A DNA stretch of 62,955 bases, the filler included. It is 6 parts of 6 records of this genome, joined end to end, with 100 filler letters (N's around TTAATTAATTAA, not from the genome) between each part and the next. Parts side by side here need not be neighbours in the genome. Positions count along the whole stretch, not along the records: positions 24,856 to 32,450 come from SRR2962707_5044; positions 32,551 to 43,036 come from SRR2962707_5046; 4 more parts are not named here. One strand, 5' to 3'. Positions 30,477-39,443 of this stretch are shown piece after piece. The position numbers and the translations under genes were made by a program. The first letter of the stretch is position 1. Each line of letters starts with the position of its first letter. A model generated the notes under the pieces. The model was not told the DNA's origin. It did not search any database and worked only from the letters and a program-made list of their open reading frames with translations.

Positions 30477-32450
30477 ATGTACCTCATATTCGATACTGAA
30501 ACCACCGGACTTCCCCACAATAAAACTGCTCCGGTTGAAGACCTGGATAACTGGCCAAGATTGGTTCAGATAGCCTGGCAGCTCCATGATCATTCGGGCA
30601 AATTACTTTCTACCGGCAATCACATCGTTAAACCGGAAGGCTTTACCATTCCTTTCAATGCAGAGAAAATTCACGGTATTTCAACCAAGCGTGCATTGGA
30701 GGTCGGGGAAGATCTTGCAGAAGTACTTGACAAATTTTCTGTGGATGTCAATCGTGCCGAAGTACTGGTCGGTCACAACATTGAGTTCGACAATAAGATC
30801 ATTGGGGCAGAATACCTTCGAACAGAGAAAGAAAATCTTTTAGCGGAAGCCAAAAACATCGATACCGCAGAGGACACGAAGGAATTTTGTCAACTGGCTG
30901 GTGGAATTGGTGGCAAACTAAAAGCACCAAAGCTTATTGAATTGTATGAGAAGCTGTTTGGTGAAGGATTTGGTGATGCACACGATGCAGCGTACGATGT
31001 GGATGCTACTGCCAAAGCTTTTTTCGAGTGCCTAAAACGCTCCATCATCCCTACAATCGACGATACGAATCCCTCGGATATTGACTATGAGGCTCCAGAT
31101 CTTGATGCAGCCAACTTTGCCACCAAAAGAGAGAAATCAACAGGGAAAATTGGAACCGAGGAAGTACGTGCTGAAGATATTGAAGGAGCATTCTGCCACC
31201 TTCACGGCCACTCACAGTTCTCCGTGTTACAGGCTACTCCGGACGTAGGTGCAATCATTGCCAAAGCCAAGCAATACGAAATGCCGGCCGTGGCACTAAC
31301 GGATCTTGGCAACATGTTTGGGGCTTTCAAGTTTGTGAAAGCCGCCAAAGGAGCAGGAATCAAACCAATTATTGGTTGTGAATTTTTTGTGGCAGAAGAA
31401 CGTCTCAAGCTCCAATTCACCAAAGACAATCCTGATAAGCGTTTCAGACAAATCCTACTAGCCAAGACCAAAAAGGGTTATGAAAACCTCATCAAGCTCA
31501 GCTCTCTAGCGTACAAAGAAGGTAACTACGGCCTTTACCCGCGTATTGACAAAGCGCTGATCGAGGAATACAAAGAAGATGTGATTGCTTTGAGTGGCGG
31601 ACTATCAGGCGAAATCCCTCACCTGGTGCTCAATGTTGGCGAAACGCAGGCTGAAGAAGCTTTGCTGTGGTGGAAAAATCTATTTGGTGATGATTTCTAT
31701 CTCGAAATCAACCGACATGACCTGGAAGAAGAAAACAGGCTCAACGAAATTCTGGTGGAATTTGCACGAAAGCATGACATCAAGCTCATTGCTGCCAACG
31801 AATATTTCTACCTCGATCGGGAGGATGCTAAAGCACACGACGTGCTGATTTGCATCAAAGAGAACGAAAAACAAAGTACCCCAATCGGGCGTGGAAGAGG
31901 TTTCCGTCCGGGATTGCCCAATGATAATTTCTTCTTCAAAACCCAGCAGGAAATGAAGGAGTCCTTTGGTGACCTGCCGGAAGCCATCGAGAATATTTCC
32001 GAGCTTATTGGTAAGATCGAAGAGTATTCATTGGAACGTGATGTTTTGCTACCTGCTTTTAACATCCCGGAAGAATTCAAAGACCCTGAAGATGAAAAAG
32101 ATGGAGGTAAGCGAGGTGAAAATGCTTATCTGAAACATTTGACATATGAGGGTGCTGCCAAACGCTATCCCGATCTAACCGAGGAGATCAAAGAGCGGCT
32201 GGATTTCGAGTTGGAAACCATTGCCAATACCGGATACCCCGGTTACTTCCTGATTGTTCAGGATTTTACAGCAAAAGCCCGTGAAATGGGTGTTGCCGTA
32301 GGCCCAGGACGTGGATCAGCGGCTGGTTCGGCTGTGGCTTATTGTATTGGAATCACCAATGTGGACCCGATTGCCTACGATCTCCTTTTTGAGCGTTTCC
32401 TGAATCCGGACAGGGTTTCACTCCCCGATATTGATATTGACTTTGATAAT
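30477..32450 (+). CDS. dnaE: DNA polymerase III alpha with N-terminal DEDDh exonuclease, 3'-truncated
   Basis: 'FDTETTGL', 'GHNIEFD', 'HDAAYDV' (exonuclease); 'HLHGHSQFS', 'ALTD' (PHP); '[10 protein letters not shown]', '[19 protein letters not shown]'. Confidence 0.96.
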
Positions 32451-32550
32451 NNNNNNNNNNNNNNNNNNNNNNNNNNNNNNNNNNNNNNNNNNNNTTAATT
32501 AATTAANNNNNNNNNNNNNNNNNNNNNNNNNNNNNNNNNNNNNNNNNNNN
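32451..32550. other. Artificial contig spacer
   Basis: N-run + TTAATTAATTAA + N-run. Confidence 0.99.
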
Positions 32551-32578
32551 TCCCCCTTTGGAGGGGGTTAGGGGGAGG
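32551..32578 (+). repeat. G/C-run palindromic repeat, dispersed copy (AGG-ending variant)
   Basis: TCCCCCTTTGGAGGGGGTTAGGGGGAGG; the contig begins exactly here. Confidence 0.85.
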
Positions 32579-32582
32579 ACAA

Positions 32583-33800
32583 ATGCCTTTTAGACTAGTA
32601 ATAATACTTTTTGTACTGACGCACTCAATAGTTGCTTTTTCTCAGGAGAGTAAGAAGTATCATTACTTGATCAATCATGATTCATCAGAAAACCAGCTTG
32701 TTTTAAAGGGAAGAATACTAGACCAAGACCATCAGGGAGTCCCATTCGTAAATATTGGAATTAGAGGCACACTTTACGGCACAGCTGCAGATGATCAAGG
32801 TTATTTCACACTTAAGCTTCCATCATCACTTGACGATCAGATCATAACTATTTCATGTGTTGGTTTCCAGTCGATGACTTTACCAGTGACTGAACTAAAG
32901 AAGAAATATCAGTTTGTGCTGAATGATGACATTTCTCAATTGGCGGATATTGAAGTAAAATCTGAACGTATTACGGCGAGAGATGTGATCAAGGAAGTAA
33001 TCAGGCGAATTCCGGATAATTACTCGCAAGAGCCATATACTCAGATGAAGCTGTATAGGCAGAAGGTGAAAATTGAAAATGGTGGATTATACATTGCGGA
33101 AAAAATCGAAGAGGTATACGATGACAATGGATATGAATCTTCAGGCATGTATAGCCTAAGAAAAAATGAAAGTTTTAGACTAATTCATCAATGTCGGATT
33201 GGAAAGCTAGATACAACTACAGGAAAAGTGTTGTGGTATAGAAATTATAAAAGAGACTTCCCGACACATACGGCCTGGTCTGACGCAGTTAACGTTAGAT
33301 TCAATAATTTTCTTTCAAATAGTAAATACAAGAAATATGATTTTCAGTTCAATGAACGAGGCTTAACTGGCAAGGACACCATATACATTGATTTCAGTAT
33401 TAATAATCCCGGACACAGAAGCACCACTGCACTTGATCCTTTAAAATTTTCCGGTTCTATCTTGGTAGATGCAAATACTTATGCTGTACTGGAAGTACAG
33501 ACCTTAGCCGTTTTAGATAAGGCAAACATGCTTAAGGCTAAAACATATAGAAGTTATAAAGACAATTCAGAGCCTGTCTGGTGGGAAAAGGAGATTGTCA
33601 AGTACAAAAAAGTAGAAGAATATTATTTTTTGGGTTCATTTCAGCGGTTATCCAATTGGGATCAGAATGCAGACGGCTTTATAGAAATTATTGGTTTGAA
33701 CGTGAGCTCTGGTGAACGAGAAAAGCAAGAAAGTAGCCGAAACCCGCAAGAGGAATACAATCCCAAAAAATGGGAGACATTTATCCAATCCGATCAATGA
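32583..33800 (+). CDS. Exported protein with carboxypeptidase-like regulatory domain
   Basis: Signal peptide; 'GRILD...GVPFVNI...GTAADDQGYF...ISCVGF'. Confidence 0.8.
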   Translation: MPFRLVIILFVLTHSIVAFSQESKKYHYLINHDSSENQLVLKGRILDQDHQGVPFVNIGIRGTLYGTAADDQGYFTLKLPSSLDDQIITISCVGFQSMTLPVTELKKKYQFVLNDDISQLADIEVKSERITARDVIKEVIRRIPDNYSQEPYTQMKLYRQKVKIENGGLYIAEKIEEVYDDNGYESSGMYSLRKNESFRLIHQCRIGKLDTTTGKVLWYRNYKRDFPTHTAWSDAVNVRFNNFLSNSKYKKYDFQFNERGLTGKDTIYIDFSINNPGHRSTTALDPLKFSGSILVDANTYAVLEVQTLAVLDKANMLKAKTYRSYKDNSEPVWWEKEIVKYKKVEEYYFLGSFQRLSNWDQNADGFIEIIGLNVSSGEREKQESSRNPQEEYNPKKWETFIQSDQ

Positions 33801-34462
33801 GCATCAAAATAATCACAACAGAAGACGGCTCCCACAGCTTGTTTGACGAAGAGCTGAACGAAACTTACCACTCCACAAGAGGGGCAAGAGGCGAATCTTT
33901 GCACGTGTTTATCAAGGAAGGCCTGGAGTATTGGTCTTCTCAAAATAAAGTGGATGAAAGCAGCATTCTGGAAGTTGGATTAGGCACAGGACTAAATGCC
34001 TTTCTAACCGCTCAATTTGCGGAGCAACAAAATCAAAAAATTCATTTCGTCTCATTAGAACCTTTTTCAATTCAAAAGGAAATCTATGAGAACCTCAATT
34101 ATTATGAAAGGGATGACGAGCAGCGACTTTTGTTGAACATCCATGAGTCTGATTGGGAAAAAGAAGTGGAGATTTCAAAGAACTTCAAGCTGCATAAAAC
34201 AGCTACAAAACTTGAGCACTTTCTAACTCCAACACTTTTCAACCTTATTTACTTTGACGCATTTGCACCCAGCAAACAACCGGAAATCTGGTCTTTAGAA
34301 AACCTAAAAAAATGTTTTTCACTCCTATCAAAGGGAGGAATACTGACTACCTATTGCGCGCAGGGGCAATTCAAGCGGAATCTTGCTGAGGCGGGATTTG
34401 ACGTTGAAACCCTACAAGGAGCCATGGGCAAGAAGGAGATGGTAAGAGCGGTAAAGCCTTAG
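33797..34462 (+). CDS. mnmD: tRNA mnm5s2U34 methyltransferase MnmD (MnmC N-terminal-like)
   Basis: 'TEDGSHSL...ETYHS..GA..ES.HVF', 'LEVGLGTGLN', 'YFDAFAP'; ATGA overlap with upstream gene. Confidence 0.9.
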   Translation: MSIKIITTEDGSHSLFDEELNETYHSTRGARGESLHVFIKEGLEYWSSQNKVDESSILEVGLGTGLNAFLTAQFAEQQNQKIHFVSLEPFSIQKEIYENLNYYERDDEQRLLLNIHESDWEKEVEISKNFKLHKTATKLEHFLTPTLFNLIYFDAFAPSKQPEIWSLENLKKCFSLLSKGGILTTYCAQGQFKRNLAEAGFDVETLQGAMGKKEMVRAVKP

Positions 34463-35178
34463 CGCCATTTTATGACACTTTCTAACAGATCCTGAATAAA
34501 TTCAGATGAACCGATCGGAAAGCGTAATAATCTTAGTACGACCGTCAACAGTCCAATGATGGTTGCCGGGTGCCTGATTTTTCCAAATCTCATTGCGAAA
34601 AAAAGCAACAATGGAATAAAAATGAGCTCCCCGCTAAGGCCCACCAAAAAGGGCTTGATTCTCTCAGCGGGAACAAATGAGCGCCATAAGACGATCATGC
34701 CTCTTCCCAACCCAGGCATCATTAAATAAAACACACTGCAAATCATCCACCATGCATGTTCTTGTAAGTTTTTTCTATGAATGATTGCTTTCATTACCGC
34801 CAAACCAAAGAGTAGAGCCAGGATGAATTCGATAACCAGGGTTCCGTAAAATAACTGTGGAGGTGGTCCGGGTTGGTCAGGTTGCAAATTTGAAATGATG
34901 CGAAGCGGAACATCAAGTAAGCTTACACTGGTAAAAAGCACACCACCGGCGATTATGAGTCCAAACATCCCGATCAGTCTATGCTTTTCTACACTTTTAA
35001 TGGTAATTAAATATGGCTGGATAATGACCAATAGGAACCAACAAGTAACCAGCCAATAATGAATATGAAACTCCCAGGTTGTGGTGGTGAACTTAGGCCA
35101 ATAGAATCGAAAAATTCCAAGTTGGATTAGCAATAGTGGGATGATCATCCAAACGTGAAGATTCTTAAATTTTTGCAT
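34459..35178 (-). CDS. Hypothetical multi-pass membrane protein
   Basis: About 7 TM helices with spaced His residues (HIHY, KHR, EHAWWM). Confidence 0.75.
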   Translation of the reverse strand: MQKFKNLHVWMIIPLLLIQLGIFRFYWPKFTTTTWEFHIHYWLVTCWFLLVIIQPYLITIKSVEKHRLIGMFGLIIAGGVLFTSVSLLDVPLRIISNLQPDQPGPPPQLFYGTLVIEFILALLFGLAVMKAIIHRKNLQEHAWWMICSVFYLMMPGLGRGMIVLWRSFVPAERIKPFLVGLSGELIFIPLLLFFAMRFGKIRHPATIIGLLTVVLRLLRFPIGSSEFIQDLLESVIKWR

Positions 35179-35336
35179 GGTGAGACTAGGTTAAACATTC
35201 AAGATAATGTGAATTAAGTCAATCTTAAAAGTGAAGTAGAAAATCGATCTGCTAAATTTATCTCTATTGATAAACATTCGATTTTCTAGGCGGCAATAGG
35301 AAATAATAAGGGTCAAAAAATCCATAATTTAGTTAC

Positions 35337-35942
35337 ATGAAATTTACACCCCACTTTTTACTAATCTTTCTCCCTTTACTGTCTTTAAGCCAAACGCAAA
35401 TAACTGATTCCCGAGACAATCAGAGCTATCAGATAGTCAAATTGGAGAACCTCTTCTGGATGGCGGAAAACCTTCGTTTCGAAGCTGAAGGGTCTCTATG
35501 TCTGAAAGATTGTGATCAAATCAGGTTTTATGACTATCTCTACCTGGATGATGTATGTCCAGCAGGTTGGCGGTTACCACGCATGGAAGAATGGGACGTA
35601 TTTACACGGTCATTTGAAGGTGTCGAAAAAGTGCGAATGCTTGAAAATAAATCAGATGCCTATCGAGTAGACTTTCTGGATAAATTCAACATTTTTGAAT
35701 CGAACGTTTTGAATATACGGCCTTACGGAAGAGTCGAGGGAGGCGAACAACTAACCGGACCATTGATTGACTTTTGGACGGTTAATCCTGCCTCAGACGA
35801 ACGATTTCATATGCATCTATCGCCGTATTCAATAGTTGGCCATTCCCATAAGCATCATTTGAAGCCAAAGAAGGAGGAAGATTATCGACTTTTTCCCGTT
35901 CGCTGCGTATGTGAGTCTGAGAAAGTTGAAAGCTCAGACTGA
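35337..35942 (+). CDS. FISUMP (Fibrobacter succinogenes major paralogous) domain protein
   Basis: 'DSRDNQSY...WMAENLR', 'CPAGWRLP..EEW', 'VRCV'. Confidence 0.85.
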   Translation: MKFTPHFLLIFLPLLSLSQTQITDSRDNQSYQIVKLENLFWMAENLRFEAEGSLCLKDCDQIRFYDYLYLDDVCPAGWRLPRMEEWDVFTRSFEGVEKVRMLENKSDAYRVDFLDKFNIFESNVLNIRPYGRVEGGEQLTGPLIDFWTVNPASDERFHMHLSPYSIVGHSHKHHLKPKKEEDYRLFPVRCVCESEKVESSD

Positions 35943-35960
35943 TTGGAATATCTTAGCACA

Positions 35961-38720
35961 ATGTCCGAAAAGAAACTCTTCCTCCTTGATGCCTTTGCAC
36001 TAATCTACCGCGCGCACTTTGCAATGAGCCAAAATCCCAGACTCACGACGAATGGAATCAACACTGGAGCGATTTTGGGCTTTACCAACTCATTGTTGGA
36101 AATCATTACGAAGGAAAAACCCTCACATATCGGGGTGGCTTTTGACACGCATGCACCTACCTTCCGTCACGAAGACTATGCGGAATACAAAGCCACTCGT
36201 CAGGAGCAGCCGGAGGAGATCAAGGTGGCTATTCCTTACTGCAAGGATATTGTGAAGGGGTTTAACATCCCCATTTTGGAAATGGATGGCTATGAGGCGG
36301 ATGACCTGATTGGGACAATTGCCAAGGAAGCGAGCAAAGAGGGTTTTAAAGTGTACATGATGACACCAGATAAGGACTTTGCACAGCTGGTAGATGAAAA
36401 TATTTTTCTCTATAAACCCAAACGGATGGGGAATGGCGTGGAGATTATGGGTATCCCTGAAGTGCTGGAAAAATTTGATATCGACAAGGTAGATCAGGTA
36501 CGAGATGTGCTAGGATTAAAGGGCGACTCGGTGGATAACATTCCGGGGATTCCCGGCATTGGTGACAAGACCGCTTCAAAGCTCCTCAAGGAATTCGGAA
36601 CAGTTGAAGGGATTGTTGCGAATGTGGACAAGCTGAAAGGGGCACAGCAAAAACGGGTAGAGGAGTTTGGCCAGCAAGGCATCATGTCGAAAGAACTGGC
36701 TACCATTAAAATAGATTCACCGATTAAGTTCGATGAAAATGATCTGAAATATGGTGATCCGAATCCGGAAATCCTGAAACCCATCTTTGATGAACTTGAG
36801 TTCAAGACCATTGCCCGACGGGTGTTTCAGGAGGAGAATGAAATCAAGAAAGGCGACACTCAACAGCTGGGCTTGTTTGATTCTACAGGCACTTCGAGTG
36901 AGTCCTCAGACAAGCGATCTTCGATAGAGACTACCGATCACAAATATCATTTGGTTTCGACAACTGATGAGGCCAAAATGCTGGCGGACAAGCTATCTGG
37001 TCAAAAGTCTTTTTGCTTCGATACGGAAACCACCAGTCTGGAGACAAGGGAAGCCAAGTTGGTAGGGATTGCCTTTGCCATAGAAAAAGGAGAGGCCTGG
37101 TATGTGCCTTGCTTTGACAAAGCACAGGAGATTTCTGATATTTTTAAAGGTGTTCTGGAGAATGAAGAGATTGAGAAAATCGGGCAAAATCTGAAGTACG
37201 ACATCCAGGTGATGCGCAATTACGAGGTGAATGTCAAAGGCACCATTTTCGATACCATGCTGGCACACTTCCTGCTCGATCCTGAATCCAACAACAGCAT
37301 GGATTGGCTGGCTGAAAAGTTGTTGAACTATAAGACCATTTCGTTTGAAAATCTGGTTGGCCCGAAAGGGAAAAATCAGAAAACCATCGATCAGATTGAT
37401 CCGGAAAAGGTGAAGGAATATGCCTGTGAGGATGCGGATATCACACTTCAGCTGAAAGAGCTTCTGGAGAAGGACATAGATGAACGAAAATTGCAGCGAC
37501 TACTCCATGAGGTGGAAGAGCCTTTATCCTTTGTGCTTGCTGATATGGAATATCAGGGAGTGAAAGTGGATACGAGTGCTTTGGAAAAAATGTCGAAAGA
37601 GTTGGATGAGCTGAGCCGCAATGTGCAGCAGGAGATTTTTGATATTGCCGGAGTGGAATTCAACATCGGCTCGCCCAAGCAGCTCGGAGAAATTCTGTTC
37701 GATAAGCTGAAAATTGTAGATAAACCGAAGAAGACAAAAACAGGCCAATATGCCACAGGTGAAGATATCCTTTCCAAGCTGGCAGATGAGCACGCCATTG
37801 CAGAGAAGATTTTAACCTTTCGGGAATATCAAAAGCTGAAGTCGACTTATGTGGATGCATTGCCAAAGCTGATCAGCCCGGCGGATGATCGCATCCATAC
37901 GGACTATCGGCAGACGGTGGCTGCAACCGGAAGATTGAGTTCGAATAATCCGAACCTGCAGAATATCCCCATTCGAACGGAAAAGGGACGTGAGATCAGA
38001 AAAGCATTTGTCCCGAGAGACAAGGACTATCTGATCATGGCAGCAGATTATTCTCAGATTGAACTGCGCATCATGGCATCTTTTTCTAAGGACGAGCACA
38101 TGATGCAGGCCTTCAAAGAGGGACGAGATATCCATGCGACCACAGCGTCGAAGGTTTTCGGCGTTGATATCGACAATGTGGAACCGAATATGCGCAGGAA
38201 AGCCAAAGAGGTCAACTTTGGTATCATCTACGGTATCTCTGCTTATGGTCTTTCTCAAAACCTGAATATCTCTCGTGGAGAAGCACAGGAGATCATCGAT
38301 TCCTATTTCAAGGAGTTTCCGAATGTGAAGAAGTACATGGACACCACGATCGAAAAAGCGAAGAAAGATGAATACGTGGAGACCATTTTAGGAAGAAGGA
38401 GGTATTTGAGGAATATCAATTCCAGAAACTTTACCATGCGTGGGTTTGATGAGCGAAACGCCATCAACGCTCCGATTCAGGGAAGTGCTGCAGACATTAT
38501 CAAAATAGCCATGATTGATATCCATCGATGGATGCAAAGGGAGAAACTCCAATCCAAAATGATCATGCAGGTGCATGATGAACTGGTGTTTGACCTACAT
38601 AAGGATGAACAGGAACTTTTGGTTGGTAAGGTGGAAGATTTCATGAAAAATGCACATCCCCTGGAAGTGCCGATGGAAGTGGAAATCGGGATTGGTCAAA
38701 ACTGGCTAGAGGCGCATTAA
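35961..38720 (+). CDS. polA: DNA polymerase I
   Basis: 5' nuclease 'EADD', 'GDSVDNIPG'; exonuclease 'FDTETT'; polymerase 'DYSQIELR', 'NFGIIYG', 'QVHDEL'. ATG at 35961 preferred over TTG 35943. Confidence 0.98.
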   Translation: MSEKKLFLLDAFALIYRAHFAMSQNPRLTTNGINTGAILGFTNSLLEIITKEKPSHIGVAFDTHAPTFRHEDYAEYKATRQEQPEEIKVAIPYCKDIVKGFNIPILEMDGYEADDLIGTIAKEASKEGFKVYMMTPDKDFAQLVDENIFLYKPKRMGNGVEIMGIPEVLEKFDIDKVDQVRDVLGLKGDSVDNIPGIPGIGDKTASKLLKEFGTVEGIVANVDKLKGAQQKRVEEFGQQGIMSKELATIKIDSPIKFDENDLKYGDPNPEILKPIFDELEFKTIARRVFQEENEIKKGDTQQLGLFDSTGTSSESSDKRSSIETTDHKYHLVSTTDEAKMLADKLSGQKSFCFDTETTSLETREAKLVGIAFAIEKGEAWYVPCFDKAQEISDIFKGVLENEEIEKIGQNLKYDIQVMRNYEVNVKGTIFDTMLAHFLLDPESNNSMDWLAEKLLNYKTISFENLVGPKGKNQKTIDQIDPEKVKEYACEDADITLQLKELLEKDIDERKLQRLLHEVEEPLSFVLADMEYQGVKVDTSALEKMSKELDELSRNVQQEIFDIAGVEFNIGSPKQLGEILFDKLKIVDKPKKTKTGQYATGEDILSKLADEHAIAEKILTFREYQKLKSTYVDALPKLISPADDRIHTDYRQTVAATGRLSSNNPNLQNIPIRTEKGREIRKAFVPRDKDYLIMAADYSQIELRIMASFSKDEHMMQAFKEGRDIHATTASKVFGVDIDNVEPNMRRKAKEVNFGIIYGISAYGLSQNLNISRGEAQEIIDSYFKEFPNVKKYMDTTIEKAKKDEYVETILGRRRYLRNINSRNFTMRGFDERNAINAPIQGSAADIIKIAMIDIHRWMQREKLQSKMIMQVHDELVFDLHKDEQELLVGKVEDFMKNAHPLEVPMEVEIGIGQNWLEAH

Positions 38721-38737
38721 TGAGAATAGTTTTTATT

Positions 38738-38764
38738 TCACCCCCCAGCCCCCTCAAGGGGGAA
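38738..38764 (-). repeat. G/C-run palindromic repeat, copy 1 (outer left)
   Basis: TCACCCCCCAGCCCCCTCAAGGGGGAA. Confidence 0.9.
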
Positions 38765-38851
38765 ATTGATTGTCAAAAGGAAAAAATTCTCACATATTCA
38801 TTTGTGACAGATTTGATTAATCGGAGGATATGTGTTTAGAGCAGCACTTTG

Positions 38852-38878
38852 TCCCCCCTTGAGGGGGTTAGGGGGTGA
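38852..38878 (+). repeat. G/C-run palindromic repeat, copy 2 (contains DUF559 stop codon)
   Basis: TCCCCCCTTGAGGGGGTTAGGGGGTGA. Confidence 0.9.
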
Positions 38879-39254
38879 CCTCTCTATCCAAAATCCAATT
38901 TTCAATCGTTCTTACCACATTATTGATATCGGAAAGAACCTCTAAATCTTCAAAACGAATGATGAAGTACCCCATCTCTTTTAACTCTTTCTTCCGTACT
39001 TGATCTTTAGCCGCCACCTCTTCAAACTGATGTGTATATCCATCTACTTCGATGATCAACTCCAATTCCTTACAAAAGAAATCCACAATATAATTTCCAA
39101 TTGGTCTTTGCCTCAAAAAACGGTATTCCATCATCTGCTTTTCTCCGAGCACCTCACGCCACATGACTGTCTCTCCTTTGGTTGGGTTTTTTCTGAGTTT
39201 TCTGGCTAGCTGTTTAAGGTCTTTGTTGTAGTTATTATTGGAATATTTGTTCAT
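38868..39254 (-). CDS. DUF559 / Vsr-like endonuclease-domain protein
   Basis: 'ARKLRKNPT..E..MW', 'FLRQRPIGNYIVDFFC', 'IIEVDGYTH', 'D..R...L...GY.IIRF'; ATG at 39254, 128 aa. Confidence 0.92.
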   Translation of the reverse strand: MNKYSNNNYNKDLKQLARKLRKNPTKGETVMWREVLGEKQMMEYRFLRQRPIGNYIVDFFCKELELIIEVDGYTHQFEEVAAKDQVRKKELKEMGYFIIRFEDLEVLSDINNVVRTIENWILDREVTP

Positions 39255-39256
39255 TT

Positions 39257-39275
39257 TCACCCCCCTCAAGGGGGA
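39257..39275 (-). repeat. G/C-run palindromic repeat, copy 3 (shortened; abuts DUF559 start)
   Basis: TCACCCCCCTCAAGGGGGA; on the minus strand reads TCCCCCTTGAGGGGGGTGA-AA-ATG. Confidence 0.85.
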
Positions 39276-39392
39276 GTTGTATGTATCGTTTCTAGAATAT
39301 GTTTACAGATAAACATAGTTAAACCTGGATTACCTCAAAAGAGATTGTCCACGATTGACCTTTTTATATAGCAATCTTTCAAAAACGCACCC

Positions 39393-39419
39393 TTCCCCCT
39401 CGAGGGGGCTAGGGGGTGA
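39393..39419 (+). repeat. G/C-run palindromic repeat, copy 4 (outer right)
   Basis: TTCCCCCTCGAGGGGGCTAGGGGGTGA; reverse complement matches copy 1 at 25/27 nt. Confidence 0.9.
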
Positions 39420-39443
39420 TGGGATTCATCTATAAATTTGGGT

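Noticed and set aside
32565-32573. Telomere-like GGGTTAGGG
   Set aside because: A single unit inside the bacterial palindromic repeat; other copies vary (CTA, TA, CTG).
38738-39419. CRISPR array
   Set aside because: Repeats alternate in orientation, spacings are irregular (87, about 380 and 117 nt), and no cas genes are present.
38738-39419. Classical IS element
   Set aside because: No DDE or HUH transposase motifs and no evident target-site duplication outside the outer repeats.
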